This document shows, in pieces, positions 9,086 through 18,198 of a DNA stretch of 64,000 nucleotides; within the stretch, counting starts at the first letter, position 1; each line of letters opens with the position of its first letter. The position numbers and the translations under genes were made by a program. The notes under the pieces are model-generated. The model did no database searches, was not told where the DNA came from, and was given only the letters and a program-made list of their open reading frames with translations. Source of the DNA: Ktedonobacterales bacterium (lineage in GTDB: Bacteria; Chloroflexota; Ktedonobacteria; Ktedonobacterales; JACDGC01); the NCBI GenBank assembly GCA_013815535.1, contig JACDGC010000001.1, positions 451 to 64,450 on the forward strand. The letters are read 5' to 3'.

Positions 9086-10213
9086 TCACGGGTGACGTAG
9101 TGGGGGCGGCGTTAGGGGTCTGCCTGGCGGCTTGATATAATCCACCGCCAGGGTAAATGCCAGGGGGACGGCGAACACACTCAAGGGCATAGCGGGTAGG
9201 AGGGCGACTCCTACCCCATTGCTGAGTGCAGGGAGTGCCCCCATGAGTCCGAGGCGAACGGCGAAACTCAGGTCTCCCCACGCCGGTGAGGGGAGATAGG
9301 GCGCACAGGCGAGACTGAGGCAGAAGCAGCTGCCCAGGCATGCGAGGCTCGCCACGCTGCTCGTTGTCGTGGTGGCCCAGAGCCAGGCACTGGCGGCGAA
9401 CACCCACCCGCCAATCTGCCAGTGCGGGACCGAGGTTCGTTGGGACAGCAGCATCTGACCGACCCAAGCACCGGTCCACAGCATCGCCAGGCTGCCGAGG
9501 AGCGCAAACCCGGTCTGCCATGGTGCATGTGGCGCTGGTCGAAGGGCAATCTCGCTGACGAGCGCTCCTTGAAGGCCCTGTGTCCACGTGGATCGGAGGA
9601 AGGGGACATCGTGCGAAGCCTGGCGCAATGCCGTGATCCCGGCTGGCGCGGGACGCGGTCCCGGTGGGTCGGGTAATTGGTGTGCCAGCCATATGATGCT
9701 GCCAAAAATAAGCATGATGAGGAGGATGAACGCCGTGTGCGCGAAGGGAATGCTGCTGAGGCATCCGATCCCGCCCCCAATGCCGCTGCCCAACCAGCTT
9801 ACTCGGTCGCGAGGATTGGTTGGTAGGGCGGCGGTCAGGGTCGTGACCCCGAGATTGAGGAGGGTGATGCCGAAGCCCATGCTTGCAAAAGCCAACAGCG
9901 GGGTTTGCTGCTGTGGCGGCGTGATCTCCCAGGACCACAACGCAACCAGAGTGAGGAGCGCCCCGCCCTGGAGCAGGCGGAGTCGCGAGCCGCGGGCGAG
10001 CAGGACGGAGCAGAGGAGCCAACTGCCACCCGTCGCTAGCCAAAACACGCTCAGCCGGATGGTCGTTTGCTCAAGCGGGAACGCTCCGGCGCTGATGGGG
10101 AGTCCTACAAGGATGAACCCGATCACGCCCATCGTCGTCCAACTCCCGAGTTGGAGCAGTCGGTGCAGACGGCGGTGATAGCGAGATGGGAGGCTAGCCT
10201 GGGTGTCACTCAT
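9086..10213 (-). CDS. polytopic membrane protein (weakly MFS-like)
   Basis: 375-aa ORF with roughly 10-12 hydrophobic segments. Its start overlaps the stop of the upstream OrfA-like gene (10210-10213). Confidence 0.45.
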   Translation of the reverse strand: MSDTQASLPSRYHRRLHRLLQLGSWTTMGVIGFILVGLPISAGAFPLEQTTIRLSVFWLATGGSWLLCSVLLARGSRLRLLQGGALLTLVALWSWEITPPQQQTPLLAFASMGFGITLLNLGVTTLTAALPTNPRDRVSWLGSGIGGGIGCLSSIPFAHTAFILLIMLIFGSIIWLAHQLPDPPGPRPAPAGITALRQASHDVPFLRSTWTQGLQGALVSEIALRPAPHAPWQTGFALLGSLAMLWTGAWVGQMLLSQRTSVPHWQIGGWVFAASAWLWATTTTSSVASLACLGSCFCLSLACAPYLPSPAWGDLSFAVRLGLMGALPALSNGVGVALLPAMPLSVFAVPLAFTLAVDYIKPPGRPLTPPPLRHP

Positions 10214-10560
10214 GGCTTCCCCCTGGTTTGCTGTGCCGCCGGGTTATGCGAGGGCGATGCGGGTGGAGCGGTATCCTGGTGCGCGAGAATGTTCAGCGCT
10301 TTTTTGAGAATGACCACCTCTTCCTGTAAGCGGTCATTGTCCGCTTGGAGGTGGATAGTGACGGCGAGGAGATCCTGCTTTTGGCGTTCGGAGGGGAGCG
10401 CTGCGAGGGCCTGTGCCTGATACTGATGGCACCAGCGACGAAGCGTTTCATGGGGAATGCCGAATTCCTGCGCGATGCTCCTGGCGGAAAGTTTGCTGAC
10501 GAGGGCCAGGCTGGCCATCGCTACTTTGAACGTAAGGCTATAACGGCGCTCGACGCGCAT
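10210..10560 (-). CDS. IS3-family OrfA-like helix-turn-helix protein (orphan, no OrfB)
   Basis: The segment YSLTFKVAMASLALVSKLSARSIAQEFGIPHETLRRWCHQY, followed by a leucine-zipper-like coiled coil (LQADNDRLQEEVVILKKALNIL), is the typical IS3/IS911 OrfA layout. No DDE OrfB follows. Confidence 0.6.
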   Translation of the reverse strand: MRVERRYSLTFKVAMASLALVSKLSARSIAQEFGIPHETLRRWCHQYQAQALAALPSERQKQDLLAVTIHLQADNDRLQEEVVILKKALNILAHQDTAPPASPSHNPAAQQTRGKP

Positions 10561-11873
10561 TATGGTCCTCCTTCCCGCATCGCACTGCGGCGATCCCTTG
10601 TGGTCACTGCTGGCGGCGATGGTGCGCCGCCGGAGGATGACCCAAGTAGACTGACGAGGGCGAGCGTCATCGTCGCACTGTCATCCCAGGACGCCTGTTC
10701 CCCGGTGCCGATGCCCCAGTCAGGCGTCATCAGCGCGACGATCCCCTGACGTGCGGGTTGATAGGCACGCGTCAGCAAGCACTGCTGCAAGGCACTGGTG
10801 AGCGCAACATCCTGGTCGCCAGCCGCGTCGCTGACCTGCGTGAAGGCCAGGAGCATCCACGCTTGCGTTGCCGGGGACTTGGTCGCTTGTGGGGGATTGG
10901 GCACCCCTGGATGGGCATAATCCTCCCCACTGAAGGTGAGCGACTGGTTATAGCCCACATAGGTGTCGTCCCATAGCTTGAGCGCATTGCGATCCGGCGA
11001 CACGCTGTTCAGGAGGTTCGCTGCCTGCGTGATACTGGTGGCATCCCCGGTGGCTTGGCCGATCTTGGCCAGCGCCAGGGCATCGCGCGCGATGGCGGAA
11101 CTGGTCAGCGGCGCATCCTGTTGATCGAGAAGCTCATTGGGATTGATCTGCCCGGAGGCGGTTAGGACGCCCATCATTGCCCCAAAGTAGAGGTGATCTA
11201 CTGGCAGATACGCATGCGTCTCGATGAAGGCGAGGGCGTGGATTCCCGCCTGGACCCAGGCCGATGTTCCCTGTTGCTTGCCTGCGATCACCAGGGCCGC
11301 GCTGACCTCCAGCGCATCTGCCGTCCGATACCAGCCCTTGGGATGGGTGGGATCGACCCAGTAGATGGCGCCACTGGCGGGATGATAGAGGGTATGTGCC
11401 ATCCACGTGACGAGGGCGGTTGTCTGGTGTTCGTACCAGACGTCGCCAGAAAGCGCCCCAAGGGCATGGAGCACCGCGAACCATTCGGATGATGCGCCCT
11501 GAGCGACGTGAACGACCGCTTTGAGGATAGCCGTATAGCGGTTCCGTTCGGCAAGCAGCGCCGCATCTGGATGGTGCTGCGTTGCCAGCCAGAGGGCCAG
11601 CACGTAGCGGGCATCGCTGAGCAAGTTGCCGTCAGCATCGAGCGCGGTCGTGCTGATGACCTGGGGGGTACCACGATTTGCCCAGCGGAGCGCGAGTCCC
11701 CCCTGCCCTCCATTGGCCTGGGGCGAAAAGCCGTGGGTGCGCAGTTCGGTCAGCATCGCGGCAATGGGATCAGGCACGCGCTGAGAAACTGGCTGGGGTC
11801 CTGAAGCCCGGGATACGATCACCCCCACGAGCAGCAGGCCAACTAGGCATATGAGAAGCCATTTACGCTGCAT
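10560..11873 (-). CDS. secreted protein of unknown function (signal peptide; possibly alpha/alpha-toroid-like)
   Basis: N-terminal signal-like MQRKWLLICLVGLLLVGVIVSRA. 437 aa with no catalytic motif recognised. Confidence 0.5.
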   Translation of the reverse strand: MQRKWLLICLVGLLLVGVIVSRASGPQPVSQRVPDPIAAMLTELRTHGFSPQANGGQGGLALRWANRGTPQVISTTALDADGNLLSDARYVLALWLATQHHPDAALLAERNRYTAILKAVVHVAQGASSEWFAVLHALGALSGDVWYEHQTTALVTWMAHTLYHPASGAIYWVDPTHPKGWYRTADALEVSAALVIAGKQQGTSAWVQAGIHALAFIETHAYLPVDHLYFGAMMGVLTASGQINPNELLDQQDAPLTSSAIARDALALAKIGQATGDATSITQAANLLNSVSPDRNALKLWDDTYVGYNQSLTFSGEDYAHPGVPNPPQATKSPATQAWMLLAFTQVSDAAGDQDVALTSALQQCLLTRAYQPARQGIVALMTPDWGIGTGEQASWDDSATMTLALVSLLGSSSGGAPSPPAVTTRDRRSAMREGGP

Positions 11874-11921
11874 CGCTCAGCCTCCTTTTGGCATGCATTG
11901 CTTCCGCCGCGCATCGATCCA

Positions 11922-12437
11922 TCAATTGAGATGCAGATACGAGATGCGGTCGTTGAGGACGTCTCCCACATACGCCAGCGCGGCATGGGGAGCGAACCAG
12001 AGCACCCGGCCGTGGTCATTGATATCCGTCGTAAAAACCCCGGAACTGGCCGTGTTGTTTTGGAAGCTGCTGAGTTGGTCGTTCGCCGATTGGCAGCCGA
12101 AGGGCCACAGGGCGCAGAACTGAAAATCGGTCAAGTTGTAATCGCCTGAACCAAAGCAGAGATAGTTCCCGCGATAGGAGGCGTCTTGATAGATGACCAG
12201 ATGCCCCCCTTTGCAATCGACCGGGCCATTGGGGGTGAACTGCGGCGGGGAATGGGACCCACAGGTGAGGGTAGCCGGAATGGTAAAGCCATGCGGCATG
12301 GCCTGGTAGTGTGGACACGCCTGGGGGGCGGCGTTCGATGCGGTCGCAGCCAGCGCTGATGTGTTGCCGATACCGAGTGCCAGTACGAGTGTCAGAACAC
12401 TCACCCGGCTGATGTGCAAAAGGAAGTGGGTCATCAT
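11922..12437 (-). CDS. secreted beta/gamma-crystallin-like (I36/SKLP-like) protein, paralog 1
   Basis: Signal peptide, then Greek-key-like segments: HLVIYQDASYRGNYLCFGSGDYNLTDF...SANDQLSS and ...VGDVLNDRISYLHL. Confidence 0.55.
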   Translation of the reverse strand: MMTHFLLHISRVSVLTLVLALGIGNTSALAATASNAAPQACPHYQAMPHGFTIPATLTCGSHSPPQFTPNGPVDCKGGHLVIYQDASYRGNYLCFGSGDYNLTDFQFCALWPFGCQSANDQLSSFQNNTASSGVFTTDINDHGRVLWFAPHAALAYVGDVLNDRISYLHLN

Positions 12438-12594
12438 GGGGAAACGACGCCTTTCTGGAACGGTGGAGGCTCCCGCGTGTAATCGTTCAATGTGCGATCA
12501 CGATGGGTTTCCCAGCGGATCTGGTGTGGTGGCCAGACCCGCTGGGAAGAGACGGTGGACCGATTCACGGTGGCTAGCACGCTTGAGTTGGTCA

Positions 12595-13107
12595 TCAGTC
12601 GACATGCACAAAGGAGATTTGGTCGTTGAAATAGTTACCGACGTAATTTATGGCCTGGTTCGGAGCGAACCAGAAGGTGTCGCCCCCGGAATTGATATCC
12701 GTGGTCATGTACCCCCACTGGCCCGAGTTGTTGCGGTAACTGCTCATCTGATCATTGGCCGAGGTACACATGAAAAACCCGCGACATATGTTGAAATCGG
12801 TGAGATTGTAGTCGCCCGGTCCCAGGCACAAGGAACCGCCTTTGTAGTCACCGTCCTGATAGAGCACCAGGTCGTAATTGTGACAATCGGGATAGCCCAA
12901 GGCGTTGGGCGTAGTGCCGCCCCGATGGTGCGCGACACAGGTAACAGTGGCGGGGCGGGTCACGCCGTGGGGTGTGGCCTGATAGGTGGCGCAGCTCGTC
13001 ACGGGTGCGCTTGGTCGGGTCGCGGCATGGACGGGGGGACCGAGGGTGCCGAGCGCCAGAGCCAGCGCGCTCACCGTGGTGAGCATCATCACACGCATGA
13101 AATACAT
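12595..13107 (-). CDS. secreted beta/gamma-crystallin-like protein, paralog 2
   Basis: Preferred start MYFMRVMMLTTVSALALALG (AGAAAGAAGG upstream). DLVLYQDGDYKGGSLCLGPGDYNLTDF...SANDQMSS...VGNYFNDQISFVHV is collinear with paralog 1. Confidence 0.55.
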   Translation of the reverse strand: MYFMRVMMLTTVSALALALGTLGPPVHAATRPSAPVTSCATYQATPHGVTRPATVTCVAHHRGGTTPNALGYPDCHNYDLVLYQDGDYKGGSLCLGPGDYNLTDFNICRGFFMCTSANDQMSSYRNNSGQWGYMTTDINSGGDTFWFAPNQAINYVGNYFNDQISFVHVD

Positions 13108-13171
13108 GGGGAATGCCTTCTTTCTTGGTTGTCGTAGGGGGGCGTGCCGACGCAGGTCGGCTACGCCGAGG

Positions 13172-13951
13172 TCAATACACGAACATCGTCGCCGGCGGCC
13201 TGAGAGCGACGTAGCGGTACACCACCCGGCCCCACCCGCCCAAACTGTGCGCTGCGCGGCCAATAATGGTGAAATTCATCTCACTGGAAAGGGCATAACG
13301 TCCGTCGGCACTCAGGGCGACGATGACCCCCCAATGGCCTTCCGACCCGGCACCTTGTTCGTGCGGAGCGTATAAAATCGCCGCGCCCACCCTGGGCACG
13401 GTGTGCCGGGGCAGCGACCAGATATTCTTGGTTGGGTGAAGGGCTGCCGGCCACCAATCACACCCGCCGAAGGTCGCTGCGACATGGGGATAGTGGGTGG
13501 GGGTGATGGCATAGTCGGCGGCATAGCAGCCAGGTGGGGTGGTCGTGGTGGTGAGCCTCCCACGGGGCCAGTACGTGGTGCTTTGACACGGTTGCCCGGC
13601 ACGTGCGGCTCCGTCGCTCGTGGTCGCCGGGAGCAGGGCCTGATAGCAGTGCTGCAGGATCATCCCTGGCTGGATCCGGTTGGGATCGGGGCCGATGGCC
13701 ACGCGATTTTGTGCGTAGAGCGTTGTCCACGAGGTGCTCAGGCGCACGGCGATACGGCTGAGCCAATCGCCGGGCGCGACGGTGATGGTGCGGCAGGCGG
13801 CCTGCGGCTGGCGTGCTACCCGCACCTGTGCCGCTGACAGGGTGGTGGTAGTCAGGTGTCCCATCTGAGCTGCTTGGACTTCGCCGACGGGGACGCACAG
13901 GGCACCGCCGCAGGCGAGGATGAGCAAGAACAACTGGAGACATGCGCGCAT
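13172..13951 (-). CDS. secreted LysM-domain protein with a CHAP/NlpC-P60-like C-terminal domain
   Basis: Signal peptide, then LysM-like ITVAPGDWLSRIAVRLSTSWTTLYAQNRVAIGPDPNRIQPGMIL. The C-terminal part has conserved Cys (GGCDWWP) and His (GHWGVIVA). Confidence 0.55.
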   Translation of the reverse strand: MRACLQLFLLILACGGALCVPVGEVQAAQMGHLTTTTLSAAQVRVARQPQAACRTITVAPGDWLSRIAVRLSTSWTTLYAQNRVAIGPDPNRIQPGMILQHCYQALLPATTSDGAARAGQPCQSTTYWPRGRLTTTTTPPGCYAADYAITPTHYPHVAATFGGCDWWPAALHPTKNIWSLPRHTVPRVGAAILYAPHEQGAGSEGHWGVIVALSADGRYALSSEMNFTIIGRAAHSLGGWGRVVYRYVALRPPATMFVY

Positions 13952-14039
13952 GGGGTGATCCTTTCAACAACGAGTCAGCGTGTGGCTCGGAGACGGCTGC
14001 GGTGCCAGATGTCTGGCAGGTGAGCCCGCCGGGGCGACC

Positions 14040-14777
14040 TTACCGTGGGTACGGGGTGGCGATCCAGGCGGTCCCACCGCTTTGGTGGTCATAGGCCTCG
14101 ACGTCGTAGATCAGCATTGCGACATAGCTGTAGCGCCCATTGGCGACGTTGGAGAAATCTCTGAGCGTCTGCCCCGGACACAGGAGCCGTTCGGCGTAGT
14201 TCGGGGGGGAGGAGGCGACCGCCTGATAGGTGGCGGTGATGAGATTGGTTCCGCTATACACGTGCAGGGACGCATTCCCCGGCGCATATTGGTTGAATTC
14301 GTTTGCGCCAATGATGAGCCATTGACATGGTCCCCCACTCAGCGTGAAGGTTGATTCCGCGAAGTTGAAGCCCTCGGGGAAAAACCGTTGCAGCAGCGAT
14401 CCATTGGCGGGACACCAGAGATAGTAGAGCCAGCCAGACATCGACGCGAAATTGTCGGTGGTCGTGGTGCTATACGGCACTCCTGCCTCGAACCCGTGCG
14501 CGGTCGAGAAGCCGATGACATACGCCCGGTCGTTGGCGCACAAGGCATCTGGAAAGTTGGCATTCATGGGGAGCATGTGTCCCGCTTGGGTGAGCTGTCC
14601 GCGCCCAAAGTGGGGTGGGAGGGTCACGGGGTGGTTCAGGTTATAGGATTTGGCTGGGGTGAAGCGCGCCGGGGACCCGGTGGCAAGAGTCGCGGCATGA
14701 ACAGGGGTGGCCACCGTGGCGAGGCCGGCGAGGAGCAGACAGAGGCTAAGCAAAACGTGACGGAGCCAAGTAGGCAT
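14040..14777 (-). CDS. secreted hypothetical protein
   Basis: Signal peptide MPTWLRHVLLSLCLLLAGLATVATPVHA. 245 aa with no recognised domain. Confidence 0.5.
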   Translation of the reverse strand: MPTWLRHVLLSLCLLLAGLATVATPVHAATLATGSPARFTPAKSYNLNHPVTLPPHFGRGQLTQAGHMLPMNANFPDALCANDRAYVIGFSTAHGFEAGVPYSTTTTDNFASMSGWLYYLWCPANGSLLQRFFPEGFNFAESTFTLSGGPCQWLIIGANEFNQYAPGNASLHVYSGTNLITATYQAVASSPPNYAERLLCPGQTLRDFSNVANGRYSYVAMLIYDVEAYDHQSGGTAWIATPYPR

Positions 14778-14902
14778 ACGGGGATCTCCTTATGATGTGT
14801 TGCGGGATGTCCTGGTGGCACGGACCACGTGTCGGTGCCACCGGTGAACGTCATGACCAGGAACCGAGGCCTAGAAGTGCCAGATGTGTTGTGCCAGCGT
14901 GA

Positions 14903-16252
14903 TCAGCATGTGCAAGTAATACATGGGTCCATCACCTCCTTTCTGGGCAAGTTCGGTGGGGGTTGGGAGGTTGGGTGGGCGAGGGCCAGGACGATCAGGC
15001 GTGCATTGGGACTGCCCCAGCCCGTCACGGCATCCCAACCACGTTGGGCGCTGGTGCCCGGAATGGTGTGGCGGAAGCCGTTGCCATCTGGCACACTGAC
15101 CGTATTGGTGCCCTGGGTGATATCGAATGTGTCCCGCGTCTGGTGGGCGGCGCTGGCATAGAGCGCGGGTTGGACCCAGCCCAGCCCATGTCCTGCGCGT
15201 TGCGCGGCGAGGGCGAGGATGCCTGCCCACATAGGGGTGCTGGCGGAGGTCCCGCCAAAGGTGAAAAGCTGATCCGCGCCTGCTCCGGAAGCACTCCAGA
15301 CGCAGAGCACGCCAGTCTGGGGATCGGCATCGGCAGCGACATCTGGCAGACCCCGCGCCCGGTTGGTGGTTACGCCGTTTTGATAGGAGGGACGCGCGTA
15401 GATCGCGCTATAGCCCCCGCCGGTGGCACCGCCGTCGTCGTTCCAGACACTTTCTTGGTGGGTCCTGCCCATTGCCAACTGTGTGCCGCCCACGGCGAGG
15501 ACCAGGGGATCTGAAGCCGGGCTACTGACCGCTCGGTGAAAGCCCGCATCGGCACAATCTGGCAGGGCAGCCCCCGTATCCCCAGCGGCCGCCACCGGCG
15601 TCATGCCCGCCTGCACCGCTTGCACGAAAAGCGCATGTTGGGTCGCCAGGGTCGCTGGTGTCATACAGTCTTCCGCCTCGCCAAAGCTTTGGGAGATGAC
15701 CGTGCCGCTCCGCGTGCGAATCGCCCAGCGGAGGGCGGCGAGGATATCATTGTCAGCGGGAGAGCGTGCTTCGACGAGCGTAAGATGCGCCCCAGGCGCT
15801 AGGGCATGGGCCCACTCCACATCGAGGGTGATTTCGCCGGCCCACGCGACTTGGCTCAGATCGGACGGATCGAAGGCGGCCATCCCGTGCGGCGTCTGCA
15901 CCACGAGGACGGGATCGGGGAGGTGGAAGAGGCGGTCAAAGGTGTGCAGATCATGGTGTAGGGTCGGCGATTGATAGGCTGCGATGATGACAATGGTCTG
16001 CCCCGTCCCCGTGACTCCTGCGGCAAAGAGGGGAAGAACGTTGTATGCCTGCTGAATTTGGCGGGGGGTGTAGCACCGTGGCAAACTTTCTGGCTGAGCA
16101 CAGGGAAGGGTCGCGGCGTTGGCCGTTGCTCCCATATGATGCACCGCGGCCATGAGGGGGTGCATGGTTCCGACGAGATCCCGTGATGGCGTCGTGAGGA
16201 ACAGGGCCAGGAACCAGGTGATAGAGATGACCGTATGCCAGAGGGAACGCAT
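14903..16252 (-). CDS. S53 (sedolisin/kumamolisin-like) serine peptidase
   Basis: Pro-domain-like CYTPRQIQQAYNV, catalytic-region EITLDVEWAHALAPGA, and the serine motif FGGTSASTPMWAGILAL. Confidence 0.75.
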   Translation of the reverse strand: MRSLWHTVISITWFLALFLTTPSRDLVGTMHPLMAAVHHMGATANAATLPCAQPESLPRCYTPRQIQQAYNVLPLFAAGVTGTGQTIVIIAAYQSPTLHHDLHTFDRLFHLPDPVLVVQTPHGMAAFDPSDLSQVAWAGEITLDVEWAHALAPGAHLTLVEARSPADNDILAALRWAIRTRSGTVISQSFGEAEDCMTPATLATQHALFVQAVQAGMTPVAAAGDTGAALPDCADAGFHRAVSSPASDPLVLAVGGTQLAMGRTHQESVWNDDGGATGGGYSAIYARPSYQNGVTTNRARGLPDVAADADPQTGVLCVWSASGAGADQLFTFGGTSASTPMWAGILALAAQRAGHGLGWVQPALYASAAHQTRDTFDITQGTNTVSVPDGNGFRHTIPGTSAQRGWDAVTGWGSPNARLIVLALAHPTSQPPPNLPRKEVMDPCITCTC

Positions 16253-16279
16253 GCGGGTACCTTCCTTTCGTTGGGATCA

Positions 16280-16720
16280 CTAGGTGGACTGGCGCGCAGA
16301 GTCTGACCGAACTTTGTGCGTGATAGACCAGTGGGGCAGACCCACAATAAGCAGCCAGACTGCATAGCCGATGACGGGCAGTAGCCCGAGACGGGCGAAC
16401 AGTTGCAAATGTTGGTAGAACTCGCCTGCGCTGGTGAAGGCTACGAAGACGAGCAGTGCGTACAAACCAATGAGGAGGAAGATGTCGCGCTCAACGCGGT
16501 GGTGGGGACCCTCCCAGTCGCGCCGTGCTGGTGTAAAGGACCCCATCTTGCGCCCTTGAACGGTCATCAGGTGTGACCCCGATGCTGGCGCTGCCTTCAG
16601 CTCTCCGCGAGTTTGGTCGAGTGGTGTCAGCGTCCCCGTATCAGATTCCGCCGGGTGGCTATCTATGCCAACGGCTGCTGGTCGGTCAAGGAGGCGCACG
16701 CTAGCGGTGCTCGGTGGCAT
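16280..16720 (-). CDS. small membrane protein (start uncertain, possibly ATG 16567)
   Basis: Hydrophobic segments IFLLIGLYALLVFVAF and LLPVIGYAVWLLIVGL. Confidence 0.35.
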   Translation of the reverse strand: MPPSTASVRLLDRPAAVGIDSHPAESDTGTLTPLDQTRGELKAAPASGSHLMTVQGRKMGSFTPARRDWEGPHHRVERDIFLLIGLYALLVFVAFTSAGEFYQHLQLFARLGLLPVIGYAVWLLIVGLPHWSITHKVRSDSARQST

Positions 16721-17192
16721 AGCGCACCTCCCCGCTGGCGCGTTGCCCTACTTGAGTGGTTGGGCGCTCAGGGAAATGCGTGGCGCGTGCCAGGAACGCT
16801 TGTTCGTCGGCCAGGATCAAGATGCGGAGTGCCAGGATTTCGTCGAAGGCGGCGAGCGGCGCTTCGGGGATGAGACAGACATACTCGATGAGGTGGTCCT
16901 GTTCCCAAATCTCAATCATGCCATGGGCCAGGGGGAGACGATACCGGCGTTGCGTCGGGTACAGCGTACTCGGTATATCCAGGTAACCATGCCGTTGAAT
17001 CTGGGTGAATTCATGCGCCGCCAGGATGCTGCGTGCCAATGTCCGCGCCTGCTGCTCGGCTTTGAGCGTCGGCAGTTGCTCGGTGCGCTGGAGTTCACGC
17101 AGCCGTCGGATGGCGGCGAGCGCCATGCCCACCATCGTGACGAGACAGAGCAGGGCGACGGCGCCGGAACCCCAATAAATCCACGGTGTCAT
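16701..17192 (-). CDS. hypothetical protein with an N-terminal transmembrane helix
   Basis: ATG 17192 (MTPWIYWGSGAVALLCLVTMVGMALAA) is preceded by GGAAAGGAG. Confidence 0.45.
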   Translation of the reverse strand: MTPWIYWGSGAVALLCLVTMVGMALAAIRRLRELQRTEQLPTLKAEQQARTLARSILAAHEFTQIQRHGYLDIPSTLYPTQRRYRLPLAHGMIEIWEQDHLIEYVCLIPEAPLAAFDEILALRILILADEQAFLARATHFPERPTTQVGQRASGEVRYATEHR

Positions 17193-17479
17193 GCGCGGCT
17201 CCTTTCCCACTCAGCAGCGTTGCTCGGCGAAGCGGGGCAGGGCGTTTCACGCTGACAGTTTCCTGAAGATCGGGGGCATGCACGCATTGCCGTGTGCGGG
17301 AAGTCCGTGATCATGGGATGGGCCTCTCTCATTTTGGACATAGGGATGCCCGGTAAGGGGAAGGATGCGTCATACCGGGAGCGTTACCAGTAGGGACAAG
17401 AAACAGGCATTCGCGTTGTGAGCCGTGGGGAGCAGTCGTCTTCGTAGCATCTCCGCTGCTTTTGCGAAGGCGGAGCTAT

Positions 17480-17725
17480 TTAGCCACCAATCAGGCGCGG
17501 CACGATAATGATACAGCCCATCGTCGGTTCGAAGGCGTCGAGGCGCTGCGGATGGGCGGGATCGTCGAGACAGTAGGCGGTGGCCCCCTGAGCCTGCGCG
17601 CGGACGAAGACCTGTTCGGCTTCAGCTACGGCTGTAGCGGCCCGTGGTGATCCACGGGCCGCGCTGGCGAGATTCCAGTGGATGCAGTCGTCACCGCGTG
17701 CGGAGAGAATATGCAAGCTTTGCAT
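17480..17725 (-). CDS. 81-aa protein ending in Gly-Gly; possible MoaD/ThiS-like beta-grasp (ubiquitin-like) protein
   Basis: The C-terminus ...CIIIVPRLIGG* and the 81-aa length resemble MoaD/ThiS (...EVAFFPPVTGG). This is resemblance only, and no E1, MoaE or JAB partner is seen nearby. Confidence 0.35.
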   Translation of the reverse strand: MQSLHILSARGDDCIHWNLASAARGSPRAATAVAEAEQVFVRAQAQGATAYCLDDPAHPQRLDAFEPTMGCIIIVPRLIGG

Positions 17726-18101
17726 CGAGGACGCCCCTTTCTGGATGAGCGTAATGCCAGTGGAAAACCACCGGAGGACCGTGTGAGCAATCGGCGAGGA
17801 ACGCGCATCGGCTGATGGACCTCCCCCGCCGGTTGCCCGCTGTGCGGAGAGCGCTAGATGGCGCGGAACACGTGATCGGCGCGATCAGCGCGAGCCAGGA
17901 CGCGGGTCGTCGGTTCCAGAACCAGGGTGACGCGTGTGAACATTAAAATGTTCTCCTTTAGGAAGAAGGGGGTGAACAGTGGCAGCGTGACCCGGTGTCG
18001 TTCTGCCCCAGACGGTAACGAGGTGACCGGCGACCCGCGATTTCCACCAGGGAAGGACGAATCTGTTCGGTCTACGCACAGCATACGGGGAAGGTGGACG
18101 G

Positions 18102-18198
18102 AAAAATGGTTCATGAAGACCCAATTCGTGAGTCAAACTGGATCAATGTTTGGGTCAAACTGGATCCAAACATTGTCCACTTATTCCAAAATCGCGCG
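18102..18198. repeat. 97-bp repeat, copy A (direct repeat of 34822-34918)
   Basis: Colinear with copy B at a constant offset of 16720 bp. The shared ends are identical: aaaaatggttcatgaagacccaattc and ttgtccacttattccaaaatcg. It contains the hairpin caatgttt[16 nt]aaacattg (18144-18175). Confidence 0.9.

Noticed and set aside
12511-12546. A 14-bp-stem hairpin between the two crystallin-like paralogs, and a similar 8-bp hairpin at about 21350-21376, considered as terminators.
   Set aside because: No U-rich tract follows on the transcribed (minus) strand. They may be structural or weak terminators, but the evidence is too thin to list them as features.
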